Assembly (NCBI GenBank): GCA_951406725.2
Contig: OX597816.1
Location: forward strand, 80,290,001-80,354,000
Direction: 5' to 3'
Source of the DNA: Octopus vulgaris
Lineage: Eukaryota
Length of the DNA stretch: 64,000 nucleotides
Position 1 is the stretch's first letter. Each line of letters opens with the position of its first letter. Of this stretch, positions 40,421 through 54,869 are shown in pieces. The notes beneath the pieces are model-generated. The model had not been told where the DNA came from. It ran no database searches and saw only the letters and a list, made by a program, of their open reading frames with translations. Both the position numbers and the translations under genes were made by a program.

Positions 40421-41174
40421 CAACTTCTGAATTTTAAAATCCTATCAATTATGTAAATTTTCCATCATGATATATTGATGAATTGCGAAGAAAATGTCAA
40501 ATGTCAATCTACATTTTAAAGATCACTGCTTTAGAATTGTAACAAAGGGAAAGCAAACTACATTTATCTTTGTGCCGAGTTTATTATGAGGTTGGCATTT
40601 TCATAACGCAGTTTTATAGGACGTACGACGATCGATAAATAATAAATGGTATGGAAACCAATTACAGATATAATGTGCTATATGCAGTGGAAGATTTAAA
40701 TTTTAAATGGCTGCTAGAGATGGATAATTTGAAAATCTATGGTCAATGTTCAGTTTTCCTCGATGTATGAATACAGCACTGGCATTTTTGGATAAAGAAA
40801 CACGTATAAATACCTCAGTCAATCAATCACACAACCTATCAATCAATCAATCAATCTATCTATCTAATTATTTATCTATCTATCTATCCATCTATCTACC
40901 CAAATATACATACACACACATATATCTGTAAATTATATATATTTTACAGGTATGTTGGTGCAAACAAGAAAAATAGAAATCAAAAAATGAGTTTACGTAT
41001 ATTTTTATTAATATTTATTATTACCATTATACAAACATATTTATATGTATGTGTGTGTGTGTTATGTAAGTAGATATATATTTATGTGTGAGTGTACGTG
41101 TACGCGTGTGTATGCACACACGAGCATCTGTGTATAAATATGCGTGCGGCATATATATATATATATATATATAG

Positions 41175-41800
41175 ATGTGGGAAATTCTGTCTGTGGGTGT
41201 GTTTGTGGACTTGTTAGCTAACTCCCCTTACATCGTGTTATCGATTTTGATGAAACTTGACACATGAGTAGATCTCATGTCTGGAAACCTCATGGCATAC
41301 TCATACCATAATAGGGCCTCTGGAAAGGATCCTTTTAATAGTCAAGAGAAATAACCCATTCATTTTCCTAAATTGTTTGGTAAAAATGAAATTGTTTATG
41401 CTTATTTCTTAGTATTTGAACTGTTAGGTATTTTCGCAATTTATCCAGTACAACCCTTAAACAAGTAAATTCTATTTTCTTAAACAACATATCCATTTAT
41501 TTCGGTTATTGACTAATTCACGTACATACCAACACTAGCGCCCCTGAGGGTAATATTCTCTGGGAACGCACAAAAGCCTTTTTCAGAGTTATTTACTTTG
41601 AATTGTTATTATCTAATATCTTATTAGCCTGTTATTACGTAACATGCTTCACGATTTTAATATACATACCTTGTTAGTATTTCCGCCTATGTTCTATATA
41701 CTCTGGGAACACATAAGAGCCTTTTCGGGGCTACTTTATTTGAATTCTTACTATCGGGTAACTAATTTCATGTTATTACATAACTGACTTTATAACTTGT
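41175..41800 (+). mobile_element. Possible non-autonomous Helitron/Helentron-like repeat with ~144-bp internal duplication
   Basis: tctgtctgt...cgattttgatgaaacttg motif; duplicated ctctgggaac.ca.aa.agccttt at 41558 and 41701. Confidence 0.4.
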
Positions 41801-41970
41801 ATATTCAAAATTTATTGGGAATTCCTAAAAACAAGATCCTGTGTAAGACATTTCGGTTTTCTCTGTAAATTCACAGTTAGTATTGTTGTTATTGGATTAG
41901 CGAAACAGTTATGAGTACGGAACCAAGGGATAAGCCCCGCTTTCCCGGGAATTATTAATACGTCAGCTAG

Positions 41971-42026
<56 letters not shown>

Positions 42027-42046
42027 TGTGTGTGTGTGTATATATA

Positions 42047-42371
42047 TGTGGCTGTGTGGTAAGTAGTTTGTTTACCCAACCACATGGCACAGGGTTCAGT
42101 CCCACTGCGTGGCACCTTGGGCAAGTGTCTTCTACTATAGCTTCGGGCCGACCAAAACCTTGTGAGTGGATTTGGTAGACGGAAACTGAAGGAAGCCCGT
42201 CGTATATATGTATATATATATATATATATATCGAGCAACTCGACCCTGGGACTTATTCTTTTGTAAGCCCAGTACTGGGCTTACAAAAGAATAAGTCCCA
42301 GGGTCGAGTTGCTCGATTAAAAAGGCGGTGCTCCAGCATGGCCGCAGTCAAATAACTGAAACAAGTAAAAG

Positions 42372-42372
<1 letters not shown>
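42047..42372 (+). mobile_element. SINE family C (CORE-like accttgggcaagt) containing an 88-bp perfect palindrome
   Basis: Head gtggctgtgtggtaag...ggttcagtccc; palindrome 42230-42317. Confidence 0.9.
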
Positions 42373-42426
<54 letters not shown>

Positions 42427-42899
42427 CGTGTTCGAACGTTGATACTTAAAGGCCAGCTGAAGACAATCGCATGTATAACTAACCATAAAGAACAAATCAG
42501 CAGTACAAAGAAATAAAATGCCAATCCCTTTAAAACGGCAACCACGTAACTACCAGAATTACCATCCCACTATATCTACACATTCAAAGCAGTCTGCCAA
42601 CGGCCCATCCACAACGAAACACCCTGATAAGCTAAGTGACTACTATTAAATTCCGGCTCCGATAGACAGGATGTCCTTGAAGCCGAGCGTTTTAAACTTA
42701 CGGAGACAATATTTACATATCGACTGAGGAAACACAACTAGATCTCATAATGCAGGGAAATGGTTGCATAATCAAGTACCAGCACACCTGGAGAACTACG
42801 TTGTGTCGAAGCAGTTGTAGTGGTAAAAAATAAATGTCCAACCGTACCCCTTCTTGATGACTTAAAATTTTTCAATTATATAATATATATATACATATA

Positions 42900-42958
<59 letters not shown>

Positions 42959-43840
42959 GAAGAGTGAAAGGGCTATCAATAGAGATTACGAAATAAGTAC
43001 CAGAGAAAAAATATTGGGCATGATATGATACTACGAAAAATATTCAAGGCGTCGCTCTAGCATGGCCGTAATCTGATGACTTAAACAAATAAAAATACTA
43101 AAGAGAATGTGCGCTTGGTGTTGATATGAGTGAAACATTGTGAGATATTAGCTTAAGTGGAACATTAAAAACACAGTTTTGTACTTGTTTGTAAATTATT
43201 AACAATGTTTGTATTTCTTTACTATTTGATTATTTTTATGCGGAGCAGCAAAGTTCCTATGTGCATGGAAGTTTTTAGTCCATTAATGCGTGCTGCAACC
43301 GTTTTATTGTAGGAAGGAAACATGGAAATGATGTTATGTTAATGCTGGTATCATTAGCGTCGAATTTGAAAATTTTAACAGTGAACTCCAGGATTATGTC
43401 AACGATCAGGAAGTGGCCTTTATTTGTTATTAGGATACGCTATCTGTAAGTTAATTTCTAAGTTGTGTTCAGTTATTAATAAAGTTTCCGTGATTAATAT
43501 TTTAAGTGATGTTTGGAAATATTACAAAATGTGATTGAGATATCGGTTAACGATTTTTTTCTATTTAATCTTCTTTTGTTTGTCTAATGTAATATGTTCT
43601 GATGGTTTTTTGGGGGATAAAATGCGTAGCGATAAAGCTAACAAAATATAAAGGGCAACCAGGGGAAATAGGAGAAGCCTTGATTAAAAGAATAAACTTA
43701 AACACAGTCTTTTAATACAATACATACACACATAAACATATTTATACAACATATCTCCATCGTGCGTGCGTATGTGTGAGTGTGCGTGTGTGTTTTTGTT
43801 TATTTGTGTTTTTCTATTTGTATATATATATATATTCAAA

Positions 43841-44200
43841 AGGCGCAGGAGTGGCTGTGTGGTAAGTAGCTTGCTTACCAACCACATGGTTCCGGGTTCA
43901 GTCCCGCTGCGTAGCACCTTGGGTAAGTGCCTTCTACTATAGCCTCGGGCCTACCAAAGCCTTGTGAGGGGATTTGGAAACTGAAAAGAAGCCCGTCATA
44001 TATATATGTATGTGTGTGTTTGTCCCCCCACCCACCATCGCTTGACAACCGATGCTGATGTGTAAACGTCAGCAAAGAGACCGATAGAATAAGTACTAGG
44101 CTTACAAAGAATAAGTCCTGGGGTCGATTTGCTCGACTAAAAAGGCGGGGCTCCAGCATGGCTGCAGTCAAATGACTGAAACAAGTAAAAGAGTAAAGAG
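43841..44200 (+). mobile_element. Near full-length SINE family C
   Basis: ggcgcaggagtggctgtgtggtaag ... cagtcaaatgactgaaacaagtaaaagagtaaagag. Confidence 0.92.
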
Positions 44201-44204
44201 TATA

Positions 44205-44415
44205 TTGGTTTCAAATTTGGCACAAACCTAACAATTTCGGGGGTCGGGTAAGTGGATTACATCGACTCCAGTGCTCATCTGGTACTTACTTTATCGACCT
44301 CGAAAGGCTGAACTGCAAAGTCGACCTCGGCGGAATTTGAACTCCGAACGTAAAGACGGACGAAATGCCTCTGAGCATTTTGCCGGCGTGCTAATGATTG
44401 TGCTAGCTCGCCTTA
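44205..44415 (-). mobile_element. SINE family A
   Basis: aaagtcgacctcggcggaatttgaactcc. Confidence 0.88.
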
Positions 44416-44565
44416 TACACACACACACACACGGGCGTGTACGATTGTGTATAAAAGAATATATTACTGAAAGAAATTCTGTCTGATTTTTACGTTTTAT
44501 TTACAATCTTATAATAACATAATATAGGATAATACAATATGATAGAATATTAAATGCCCATTGTG

Positions 44566-44614
44566 AATGAACTAGTACTTTCGTGCATTAAACTATGCAA
44601 TCTTCAGGTTCATT
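44566..44614 (-). ncRNA. Minimal type I hammerhead ribozyme, best-preserved orphan copy
   Basis: aatgaac-CTGAAGA-t.tgcat(agttta)atgca.c-GAAA-gtac-TA-gttcatt; 7-bp perfect stem I; palindrome AGTACT; CUA triplet. Confidence 0.87.
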
Positions 44615-44652
44615 TAGTAGTGGTGACAGTTATGTTTAACAATTTACAACTA

Positions 44653-44688
<36 letters not shown>

Positions 44689-45373
44689 ACTTACACACAC
44701 ATTCTACATACACACGATATGTTAAACTTTTACAAGAGAAAGATTTACAGTGACTTGAAAGTTTCAGTTTGCTTCTCATTTTGAGACTGTACTATATATT
44801 TGCATTCCTTTTGGCTCTATATACTCTTTGGCAAGTTCATATTTTGTGTATGTCGTATGATATAGTGTGATATTATATGTTGTATTTTGAACGCAACATA
44901 TCTATGACAGGTTTTTCTCTCAGCCAAAGCAATTGGCTCATACTTATTATGTGTGTGTGTGTAAAGCATGATACACTAAAGTTGTTTATGATTTAAAACT
45001 GTTCCAATTACGCACTTCAAGTATATATTAGCATAGCAAAACGTTATGCAATGTATTATTCTCGGTTCGGCAAATATCAGTAACAGATTTCGTGTAGGCA
45101 TCTGAATAAAGGATACACTATTTTCACAAGCCTCCAAGTAGGATGAAACGCACATGGTTTTCTACTGCGGGAATCTTTGAGTCTTTCCTATATATATTGT
45201 GTTTGTAACAGATATAAATGCCGATGTATTCTTTCAGTCAAAAACCACAGTACCATGCCTGTCAAAGATGTATATATGTTAATTATGATATACATATTAG
45301 ATATATAGTTTAATGCAGTTTCAATTGCGTACACCGGTTATATATATATATTTATATGTGTGTGTGTGTGTAA

Positions 45374-45680
45374 GTGCAGGCGTGGCTATGTGGTAAGAAG
45401 TTTACTTCCCAACCACATAGTTCTAGACTCAGTCCCGCTGCGTGGCACCTTGGGCAAGTGTTTTTGTACTATAGCCTCGGGCCGACAATCGTTCGTAGAT
45501 TTGGCAAGCAGAAATTCAAAGCTCGTCGTATATAAATATATATATCGAACAGACATACAAAAGAATTCGATAGAATAAGTACCGGATTTAACAAAATTAA
45601 GTAGTGGGGTCCATTCAATCAACTAAAAATTCTTGAATGTGGAACCCCAGCATGCCTGCTGTCTAATGACTGAAACAAGA
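45374..45680 (+). mobile_element. SINE family C, diverged
   Basis: ggcaccttgggcaagtg core; tail cccagcatgcctgctgtctaatgactgaaac. Confidence 0.85.
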
Positions 45681-46159
45681 ATGATATATACAATATATAC
45701 ATATATATATATATATATATAATTGTCACTAAATATGAATAGGGTGTTAGAACACCTACATTGCTAAAAAAAGGTATTTTTTTGCACAGATGTCGCTGTA
45801 ACAACATGTTACAGCTTGAGATATTCTCGTGCGTATATCCTTTATAACAGAATGGTATTGTTATCTAATGTTGTTTTCATTGCGCAAATAAAGTTTATTC
45901 TAACCTGGTTAGCCTTCGCACAACTCAATAATTGTCTTGTTTTTCTACAAGCTAAATATGTCTGTAGCATACGTCCCCGAAAAGACTAGATCACGCCGAA
46001 ACACAGTGTGTAAATATCCACTGGTATTCTGAGCGAAGAAGTGAGTTCTATTTTCTACGAGTCTCTTTGAGGAGATTTTCTGACCCAGAATGTAACAGTT
46101 TGTGCCGTTGCTTGTCTATATAGTATAAAAGATATAAGAATTGGTATTTTAACTATCTA

Positions 46160-46238
<79 letters not shown>

Positions 46239-46241
46239 TTA

Positions 46242-47458
46242 CAGGAGTTGGACAAAATAATGGAAACGCCTTAAAATTTCAAACAAATTTATTTTAATAT
46301 GGGGTAGAACCGCATTTGGCAGTAATTACAGCTTGAATTCTACGAGGTATGGACTCGTACAAAATTTGAATTGCTTCACAGTCCCCAGTTCTTGTAGTGA
46401 TGATGGTCGAGGATATGACTTCTTACTTGTTTTTCTAAAATGTTCAATAATATTGATATCTGGGGACTGTGGTGGCCAGATAAGATGTTCAACTTCACTA
46501 GAATGTTCATAATGCCATTCAGTAACATTATTTGTTGTGTGAATTGGTGCATTATCATCCTGGAAGATTGTGTTTCCCTCAAGAAACTATAGGATGAATT
46601 TCATGAGATAAAATGCTTAAATAGTCTTGACTATTAATTCTAGCATAAAGGGAAACCATTGGGTCGGCGGATTTCCGAGATATAGTCGCCAGATCATCAC
46701 AGATCCTCCTTGATGTTTAACAGTTGGAAGAAAGCAGTCTGGGTCAAATGCTTCTTTTGGCTGTCTCTACGCGTATACTCGGCCGGTGGTCGGAAATAAG
46801 GTAAAGAATGATTCGTCCTAGAAAATAACAATCTTCCACTGCTCTGGGGATCAATTCTGTAGATTTTACTCCACTCTAAATGCTTTGCAACTTTTGTTTT
46901 TGAAAGTAGTGGTTTTCTGATTGCAACCCTCCCGTGAAATCCGGCTTTGTGCGGCTCCCGGCGAACAGTTTTTGTGGAAACTGGGTTCTCGAGGTGGTCA
47001 TTAAGCTCTGCAATAATTTCGGGAGCTGTCTTTTGTGATCCTTTCTAACAATTCGCGTAAGAGTCCGACGGTCCCTATCTTAAAGTTTTGATTTTCTTCT
47101 GGAGTTTTGTTTCGACTGGGAGATTTTTATCCTTTTCCTCAAAGGCTGTCATTACGTTTGGGACAGTACTTCTTGATACACCAAACATTTTGGGTGTTTT
47201 TGTTACGCTAGCACCTGCCATACAAGCACCAACAATTTGACCTCTTTGAAAATCCGACAGATCTGTCATTTTAATGAATTTTAATTACCTCTTTCTTATG
47301 ATATCCGAAAAGAAACAGCAATTTTAGAAAAATATATTAAGTAATACTAATAATAAATCAAAAAACATAAAAATAAACAAGCTTTTGACAGTTTTATAGA
47401 TATTTCAAAATTATGATACTATGATGCTAGATGTTTCAATTATTTTATCCAACCACTA
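46242..47458 (-). mobile_element. Tc1-like transposon, both ends present, decayed transposase
   Basis: TIRs caggagttggacaaaataatggaaac / gtttcaattattttatccaaccact, TA flanks; MTDLSDFQRGQIVG, FQDDNAPIHT, WPPQSPDINIIE. Confidence 0.93.
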
Positions 47459-47472
47459 TACATACATATATA

Positions 47473-47522
<50 letters not shown>

Positions 47523-48868
47523 GATATATAGCGGGGTAAGTGAGTGTGTGTTTGTATGCCTAAGGGAGGAATGTAAAGAGAAAGAAAGCAGCTGATAGAG
47601 AAACATATGATGTGATAAATAACTATTTCATTGACATTTGATCAGAAATAATTGTAGTGGATTAGGAAATGTGTATTCATTAGTTTTTCATGATAATTTA
47701 ACGCAATTACTGAAATAGCTATTCCCACAAAACAAACATGTGTCGATGAATCAATTCGCTGTGGGCTAAAGTATTATATTCAGATTTACATATTTTCATT
47801 CTGAAACAGATTATAATTCGCTTTCGGAAGTAAAGGAATTTACAGTCACATAATAGAATAAATCTCCGGCAAGACAGATACTGGTTTGAACTTAGGCAGA
47901 TAGCATTTCACTAATGTGAAGTATTTCTCATGCGAAGAAACATTTACGTTTGTTGAACAGTCCAGATTGATGAGCTAAAAGAAATAATTGTCATTATTCA
48001 CTCATCTGTTATCAATTCCTTTCATTGTATCCTGTGATTCTCATAGTTATGCCAACAATGCATAACTTTAAAGAAGTTAACTTTATTTAAATTCATTAAT
48101 GATACATATAGAGGAACCATTTAGATATAAATACCGAATCACGTTTGAGCCACTCAACATATATTTAATTTTAGATTTTAACGTTAGTCATGTGCTTATC
48201 ATTAAATATTATTAATTAACTCTACTCCTGATAAAGAAAAAGAAAAAGAAAACAAATTATCAGAGAAGACGAAACAAATACATACTGTAACAAACCTCCT
48301 GCTTAGACAGAAAAATATATGCTGGAAAATGGTCTCAGTTGTGATTATTGTGAGGTGAAGGCTGAAATAGATATTATTAGTTTTGATGTAGTCATGTTCA
48401 TACCTTTTCTGGTATTATTGAACAGAATCTATACAAACACTTTACATTCATCATTCAGGTATTTGGATAGTGACTATGTCACGATTAGTAGGTAACGGTC
48501 CACCAATTTTTTTGTTTAACAAAGCGTGAAGATATTTCTTTAAGATATGACAGAAAGGCAAAATTAAGCTGGAGCCTTGATTACTTTCTTCTTTTTTTTC
48601 GTTCAGACTTGCATTCCTGCGTCTGCTATTTGATATTCTATATCAATGTATACAAAGACATACATTCATTCATTCACACAAACTTTGTTTGCCTGTCTGT
48701 TAGTTTGTATACATATACATTCATCTGTACGTGCAAGTATATCACGGACAAAAAACTTTATATCACTGATTTAGTATTCATATAAAAAATAATTATAGTG
48801 TATTCTTCCAAACTTCCGATCACGTTTAGCTAACTTGCAGTATTATTCAGTAATGATCACACCCCCCG

Positions 48869-48869
<1 letters not shown>

Positions 48870-48913
<44 letters not shown>

Positions 48914-48974
48914 GTATATATATATACTAATATAAATATACATATACATATATATATATATACATGTACATACG

Positions 48975-49012
<38 letters not shown>

Positions 49013-49059
49013 GATATACGTATATATACATATACATACACATATATACATACATACAT

Positions 49060-49111
<52 letters not shown>

Positions 49112-49176
49112 GAGAGAGAGAGAGAGAGATAGATAGATAGATAGATATATGTATATAGATATACATACATCTATAC

Positions 49177-49210
<34 letters not shown>
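48870..49210. repeat. Compound (CA)/(TA)/(GA)/(GATA)/(GT) microsatellite
   Basis: Read directly. Confidence 0.95.
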
Positions 49211-49213
<3 letters not shown>

Positions 49214-50410
49214 GCAGTCTGTAAATTTTGCTTTTCACTGACATTGAAAGTAATTCTACTGTAAGAGGAGTGTCCGTTAATTAAAAGTGGCACTGTACAG
49301 TATATCACTTTAAGAAAAATAATGCAGATTTCCGGCTCTCTCCACACTCGTGCAGCTGTACATGATTGGAAATATACTGTGAAGTATCACCACGTCAGCT
49401 ATAAGATGCCAGCTCTTTCATCAACATGACAAGACTCGTAAGCGAATGGAAATCAAAACAGAAAGTTAAGTCTCTGAACAATATATCTTATTTTCTTTTC
49501 TGTTTCTTTAATTTTTTCTTTATTAGATAAATATATGTTTTGCAGTGAGCTCAAATATTTTGCAGTTAGCTCAATATAGCGTTTGTTTTAAAGATAGTGC
49601 TGTTAACTTCCCATCCCTCGTTTCTTAGCCAGTCGTATAGGCACCATGTATACCACAAGAAGAAAAGAAACCGTGTCCATTATTGTTCCCAAGAAAGAAA
49701 AAAAATCTTGATGTTTAATCTAGCAAATTAAAAATAATTTAACGAAAGAATGATAATAACTCAAAGTGTAGCTGTGTGGTTAAGAAGCTTGCTTGCAACC
49801 ATGTGATTTCGAGTTCAATCCTACAACAGAACACATCCGACAGGTGACTTCTACTATATCAGCAACCGACCAATTCAATGTATATACTTATAAACAGATC
49901 TATTTTTGTTGTATTTTGGGAGGTTCATTATGCCAATAAGAAACACACAGGTTCAATTTCATTTATTTATTATCAGTCAACTAATGCTATCATAAGTTTA
50001 AATACTGAAGTGGTTTTTCTAAGAATAATATATTTCTTCTGAATGTTGTTTTTGTAGCGTTCACATATTATTGATCTTACTTCAGATCGCTTTGAATTTA
50101 ACCTGTTTAGGTCTCCTTGTTAACACTGTATTAGCATAAATTTTCGGATATTTGGGTTTGACTTGTATTTTGTATCTCTTTTCGACATCTAAACATGCTG
50201 GCACAATAGAAACGAGCGTCGGTAATGTATGGTGTAATCATCAATTAAAGATGTGATATTCTCCATTTTTGTCCATGTTGCTATATACCCTCGATTTCTT
50301 GAAATTATCGTGGGCTATATTTGGATTTACTTACTATAAATGAGGAATTGTATCATATAAACCCGAGGCATGTTCTTTACCGCCTCGTTTTTATATGTTA
50401 ATCTTGGCTT

Positions 50411-50485
50411 CCTGCTGATGAGAGCTTCGCCAATTGTAAATTATTATATTTACAAAAGATTGCTTGAAAATATGCATAGTCCGAC
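50411..50485 (+). ncRNA. Partly decayed hammerhead
   Basis: CTGATGA(50415-50421)-gagc..ttgtaaat/atttacaa..gctt-GAAA-a.tatgcata.g-TC; stem I weak. Confidence 0.55.
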
Positions 50486-50888
50486 AAACGTTTTGCGCAA
50501 CTTCCGTCTAAGATAATATCCTAATAACTATTAGACAACCGGAGGCTATAATAGATGATAACTTGCGCACGTTAATGGGTAACGCAAGCTTGAATAGAAC
50601 ATCGCGGTTACGAACTAAACTAATCACGCAGCTCTGTGTACTCCTATTCGCGTCTTTTCCATAACGGAATGTCAAGAATCTTCAGAAGGAAGAGCACATG
50701 TGTAATAAAAGCTAAATATTGATTAATGTTAATATAAACCATTATAGAATTTCGTTGGTCACGTCCAGTCATGGTAAATTAAACGTAAAACATTCTGCAC
50801 ATCATGCAGAAAGAAGGGGAATTCTTTTTTCATTTGGTTTAGTAAAGAAGAAGAGGTTGTTTTCAGGAGGTTTGCAGGCCCTCAGACA

Positions 50889-51003
50889 CTACTGATATTC
50901 ATTATTTTGATGGTGGGTTGGAACACTTGTAAGTCGATATTTAGAACTATTTGTATCCACGAAATCATGACCTGATTCTGTGGTATCAAAGTACTGTAGA
51001 AAC
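50889..51003 (-). CDS. Candidate terminal coding exon of an unidentified host gene (..FLQYFDTTESGHDFVDTNSSKYRLTSVPTHHQNNEYQ*)
   Basis: Strong acceptor tttcttttctttcttttag|G in unique sequence, then 37 sense codons and TAG; a second frame is also open; no homology recognised. Confidence 0.4.
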
Positions 51004-54000
51004 CTAAAAGAAAGAAAAGAAATTTAAGTGGATAGAAAATGACAAAGTGTGTAAACATGATAGTTTAATCTTAAATATAGATCTGAATGAAATGTCTATT
51101 TAATGTGGAAGGTAAATTAACATGTTAAATGTAAGAAAACGACTTGTATGTATTATGATTAACTGTCCATTTAGTTGTATGAAGTAGAAAAGTGTCAAAA
51201 GATAAAAGAAAACAAATTATAGATGTTATCAGCAATATTCTAACACCTGTTTCTTTTCATGTTGACATGAATTGGATAGGTAATAAGGAGAGTATAATAC
51301 ATATGTTAAGAATTTGATTTGATATTCTGCACATTTAATGCATCTCAATTTTTACGATGAAAATCAGCTGTGTAGATTGGTTGTTTTCATTTTAGTCCCA
51401 CAAGTCTTTATCTATTCGATATCAGTTTTGTTTTGGAGAAACTAGTTTTCTATTTGTGTTATTTTTACAGCAAGAATGTAATCTGCGTTTCCCCAATATA
51501 GGTAAATGTACAACGTAGGAAAATAGATGCTTCACCTCTATTGTTGACTGCTATGAATCATTGAAATAGGCTGAATTTTTATCTAAGAACAATGGAGATT
51601 AGTAGTGTTTGAGTATCTATTTACGCACACGGAGCAGATTTCAGAAAACGACAGTGATGAACCAACATATTAATTCTTTGGCAAGACAGAATGTTAACTG
51701 GGGAACAGTTAGAGGATTTTTTATGAGTATATCAATTATATAGGTGGAGTAAGAGAGAGAGGGGGAGAGGAACAGAAGAGGTAGGGAGAGAAAAGGGGAG
51801 AGAGAAAGAGCTAGAGACAAACAGACTGATAAATGCTAAGGGTTTTAATTCTACAAAAATTCGACATAAATACGACGCAATACAGATATAATACAGAATT
51901 TAATATAATTAATTTAGGACAAATTGCTCAACACAGGTCATCATTATCTCCTTTATTTTTACATATGTACATACGTTTTATTTACTACTTGTATGACCTA
52001 GGTATGTTTTGCTGGTTCAAGCTGATCGGGTAAATCAACAATAACCAAAATGTTTTTATTGATGCAAAGATATGAATTTTCTTTCAACTTTGATCTTCAC
52101 TAGAAAATTCCCAATGTAATATGTTTATCTTAGATAAGATAAATCAAATAGATTTCAAAATTTTTATCGCAGCACAGCTAACATATCATCGATCACAATT
52201 ACTTGAAAGTAAATATAAATGTAATCCTAAGATGCCAATGATTTATTTAAAATTAAGCAAATACATCTGTTTCTGGTAACATATACAATGATACAATCAC
52301 TCGTTAGCTGATGCAGTCTCGGTGACAGAGTGAATCTGTTGCACGACCGATTAAAGAAAATAGAAAAAAAAATCATATTGCTTGATTTGCTTTCACTATG
52401 TTTTGATAATTTCCTTTTCTTTTGTCAATGTGAGAAGATCTGCATAAAGACTACAGGTGCTGTATTTCTTCCTCTGATTAAGCCTTTAAAATATCCTACT
52501 TTGTCGAGTGTTTAAAACTCGGAAACGATACCTTCAGATTGATTTGACTCTGCAAAGATTATTCAGCAGTATCCCAACCACCCAAAGGGTTAAACCAGGA
52601 AAATTTCACTGAAACCAAAATCTGATCTAAAAGCCTAGTAGTTGTAAAAAGAAAAGAAAAATGAAAAAAAAAAAAAAGGAAAACAGAGTCGCAAACCATA
52701 ACCGTTACAGCGTCAATTCCCATAGTAACAAAATATCTTATTCAATAGCGCTTGTTTCGTTTACTCTATATAACTCATAAATGGCTGTATATCAATATTG
52801 CTCTTCCGCAGATGAAAGCGAAATAATTAAGAAGGGAAATGTTAAGAACTTTATTTTGAAAGAAAATTGTCAGATCTTGGAAATATAATCAATATTCGTA
52901 GATGCAACACTTTCACTTCACTTCATTAATTGTTTACATCACTTCATTAATTTTCAGGTGTTATCTTTCTGTAACAGTGAGTTTGCCAAGATTTTTTTCC
53001 TATTGAACTTTACACATAAGAACAATACAAACAGCTTTCAATGAGGTAGGCTGAAAATAATATATTATTTAGTCTATAAAAAGAATGCATTAACATCTGG
53101 CGTTTTTAGTCGTCTGTATTTAAGCGTATTTATGTATGTCTCAGTGTGGTGGTAAACCCCCACTGAGACAAGTATACTACACAATTTAGATGTTTAGTTG
53201 AATCATTTCCCTTCATTTACTCCACATATGTGTTCTAATATTCAAACCTTGCCAATATTTTGACAATGACTTGACAGAGCTCATGTAAGGGAAATCTTTG
53301 GTGATGAGCTAATTAACCATTAAGATTTATACAACATATAAAATCAATATTTGCGTCAAATATATTTCTATATTTAAATTAATTATGAGTTGCGTAATTT
53401 TATAATTAGTGGACGCAGGCAACAACGTATACCAAACGACAATTTTCAATAACACAGTTTTAATTCCTGGTTTACATATATTCACTTCAATTCAATCCGA
53501 TATGGATGTCACAATTTCTCAGTTATCCCTTCCCTTCCTTAAAATGCGAGGCTTTATAACTCACCCGGGAGAAACTAATATTTATAAGTTATAAATTTGT
53601 GATATGGCAGTGAATTGATAAAACTAGCAGAGCACTTACTAAATATTCTGATGTAGTTAGTTGCATTTCTTTCCGTTATTAGATGAAATCACACCGTAAC
53701 TAATTTTTTACTTAATCTCTACAGTCTACATATGTACATACATGCATACATACACACACGTTTGTATATATATATATATATACATACACGCACCTTTTCC
53801 TACATATATATCTGCTTATGTGATCTTAGTAATATAATCTTTTATTTAAAAGAGTCTGTATTCGGAAATATATTATTAGAAGACAAATTATACATCGTGT
53901 ATTCTTAACCTGTCATTGCAAACCAATGAAACAATTGTACTAAGGTTAACGTGATATAAATTTCACGGTTAATCACAGAGCCGAAATAAAACTCCGTGAC

Positions 54001-54647
54001 ATTAAATGAAGGCGCCTTCATAGTTTAAGAGGAAAATAAGTCGCTGTTTTTAGTTATGTCATGTGTTTGTGCTTGAGTGTGTTTATGTTCGTTCGTGTGC
54101 GCTTATTAGATACATACATACACGAATGTGTTTCTGTCATTTTTCTCGCCCCTCCTTAATTCTTCTGCCCCTCTGCCTCTACCTCTCTCTCTTCTCCTCC
54201 CATGTGACCGGCGTTCGGCTAAGCCTGATCTTTCTTTCTTGGTCTGGCCGTTGTTCGTGCAACATTGATATTCCTCCCTGTGCCCGCAAAATATTATATC
54301 CCTGCCGTAAGGCTTTATTTCCACACACACCAGCTTAATTTAATTCGTCCTTAGTCGAAATACATCTGTTGTTGTGTCCTGTTATTATTTTTATTGTATT
54401 AGTGTAACAGTGTCCGTTTTTTTCCCGTTCTTGTTTTTGTATACATTCGCTGCTTTCTTCCAAAGAATCTAATGTTCTTAGCTTAGTTTTACCTCGGGGC
54501 TGGCCTGCTTGGAGCAATCTCGAGTATAATCAGTCGAAATTGCGAAGATAATCTGTCACTCGACTGAGGAAAGAAATCTTCAAATGACTCGTCCTTGTTT
54601 TCTTTATATCGTCTATCTGGATGTTTTGTTGTCCCATTTTTGTATCA

Positions 54648-54690
<43 letters not shown>

Positions 54691-54869
54691 TCATACAAAC
54701 ATACATACACACATATGTATATATGTGTTTGTATGTGTGTGTGTGTGGTGGATATGTGAGTATATTACAGCAATATCGACATTTAAAACTTCGGAGACTG
54801 TTCATAATGCAGTGTCAGGCTAAGGAATTCTGCTTTGAAAGAGAAGGCGAACGGTTTTACTAGTCAGAG

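Noticed and set aside
45972-46015. CCGAAAA...GAAA-cacagtgtg-TA hammerhead-like motif
   Set aside because: Core doubly mutated; stems I and II do not pair
53137-53170. 10-bp hairpin tgtctcagtg/cactgagaca
   Set aside because: Too short for a pre-miRNA and no supporting context
54528-54595. CTGAGGA-aag/ctt next to a cagtcga/tcgactg hairpin
   Set aside because: GAAA box replaced by CAAA; no coherent stems I and III
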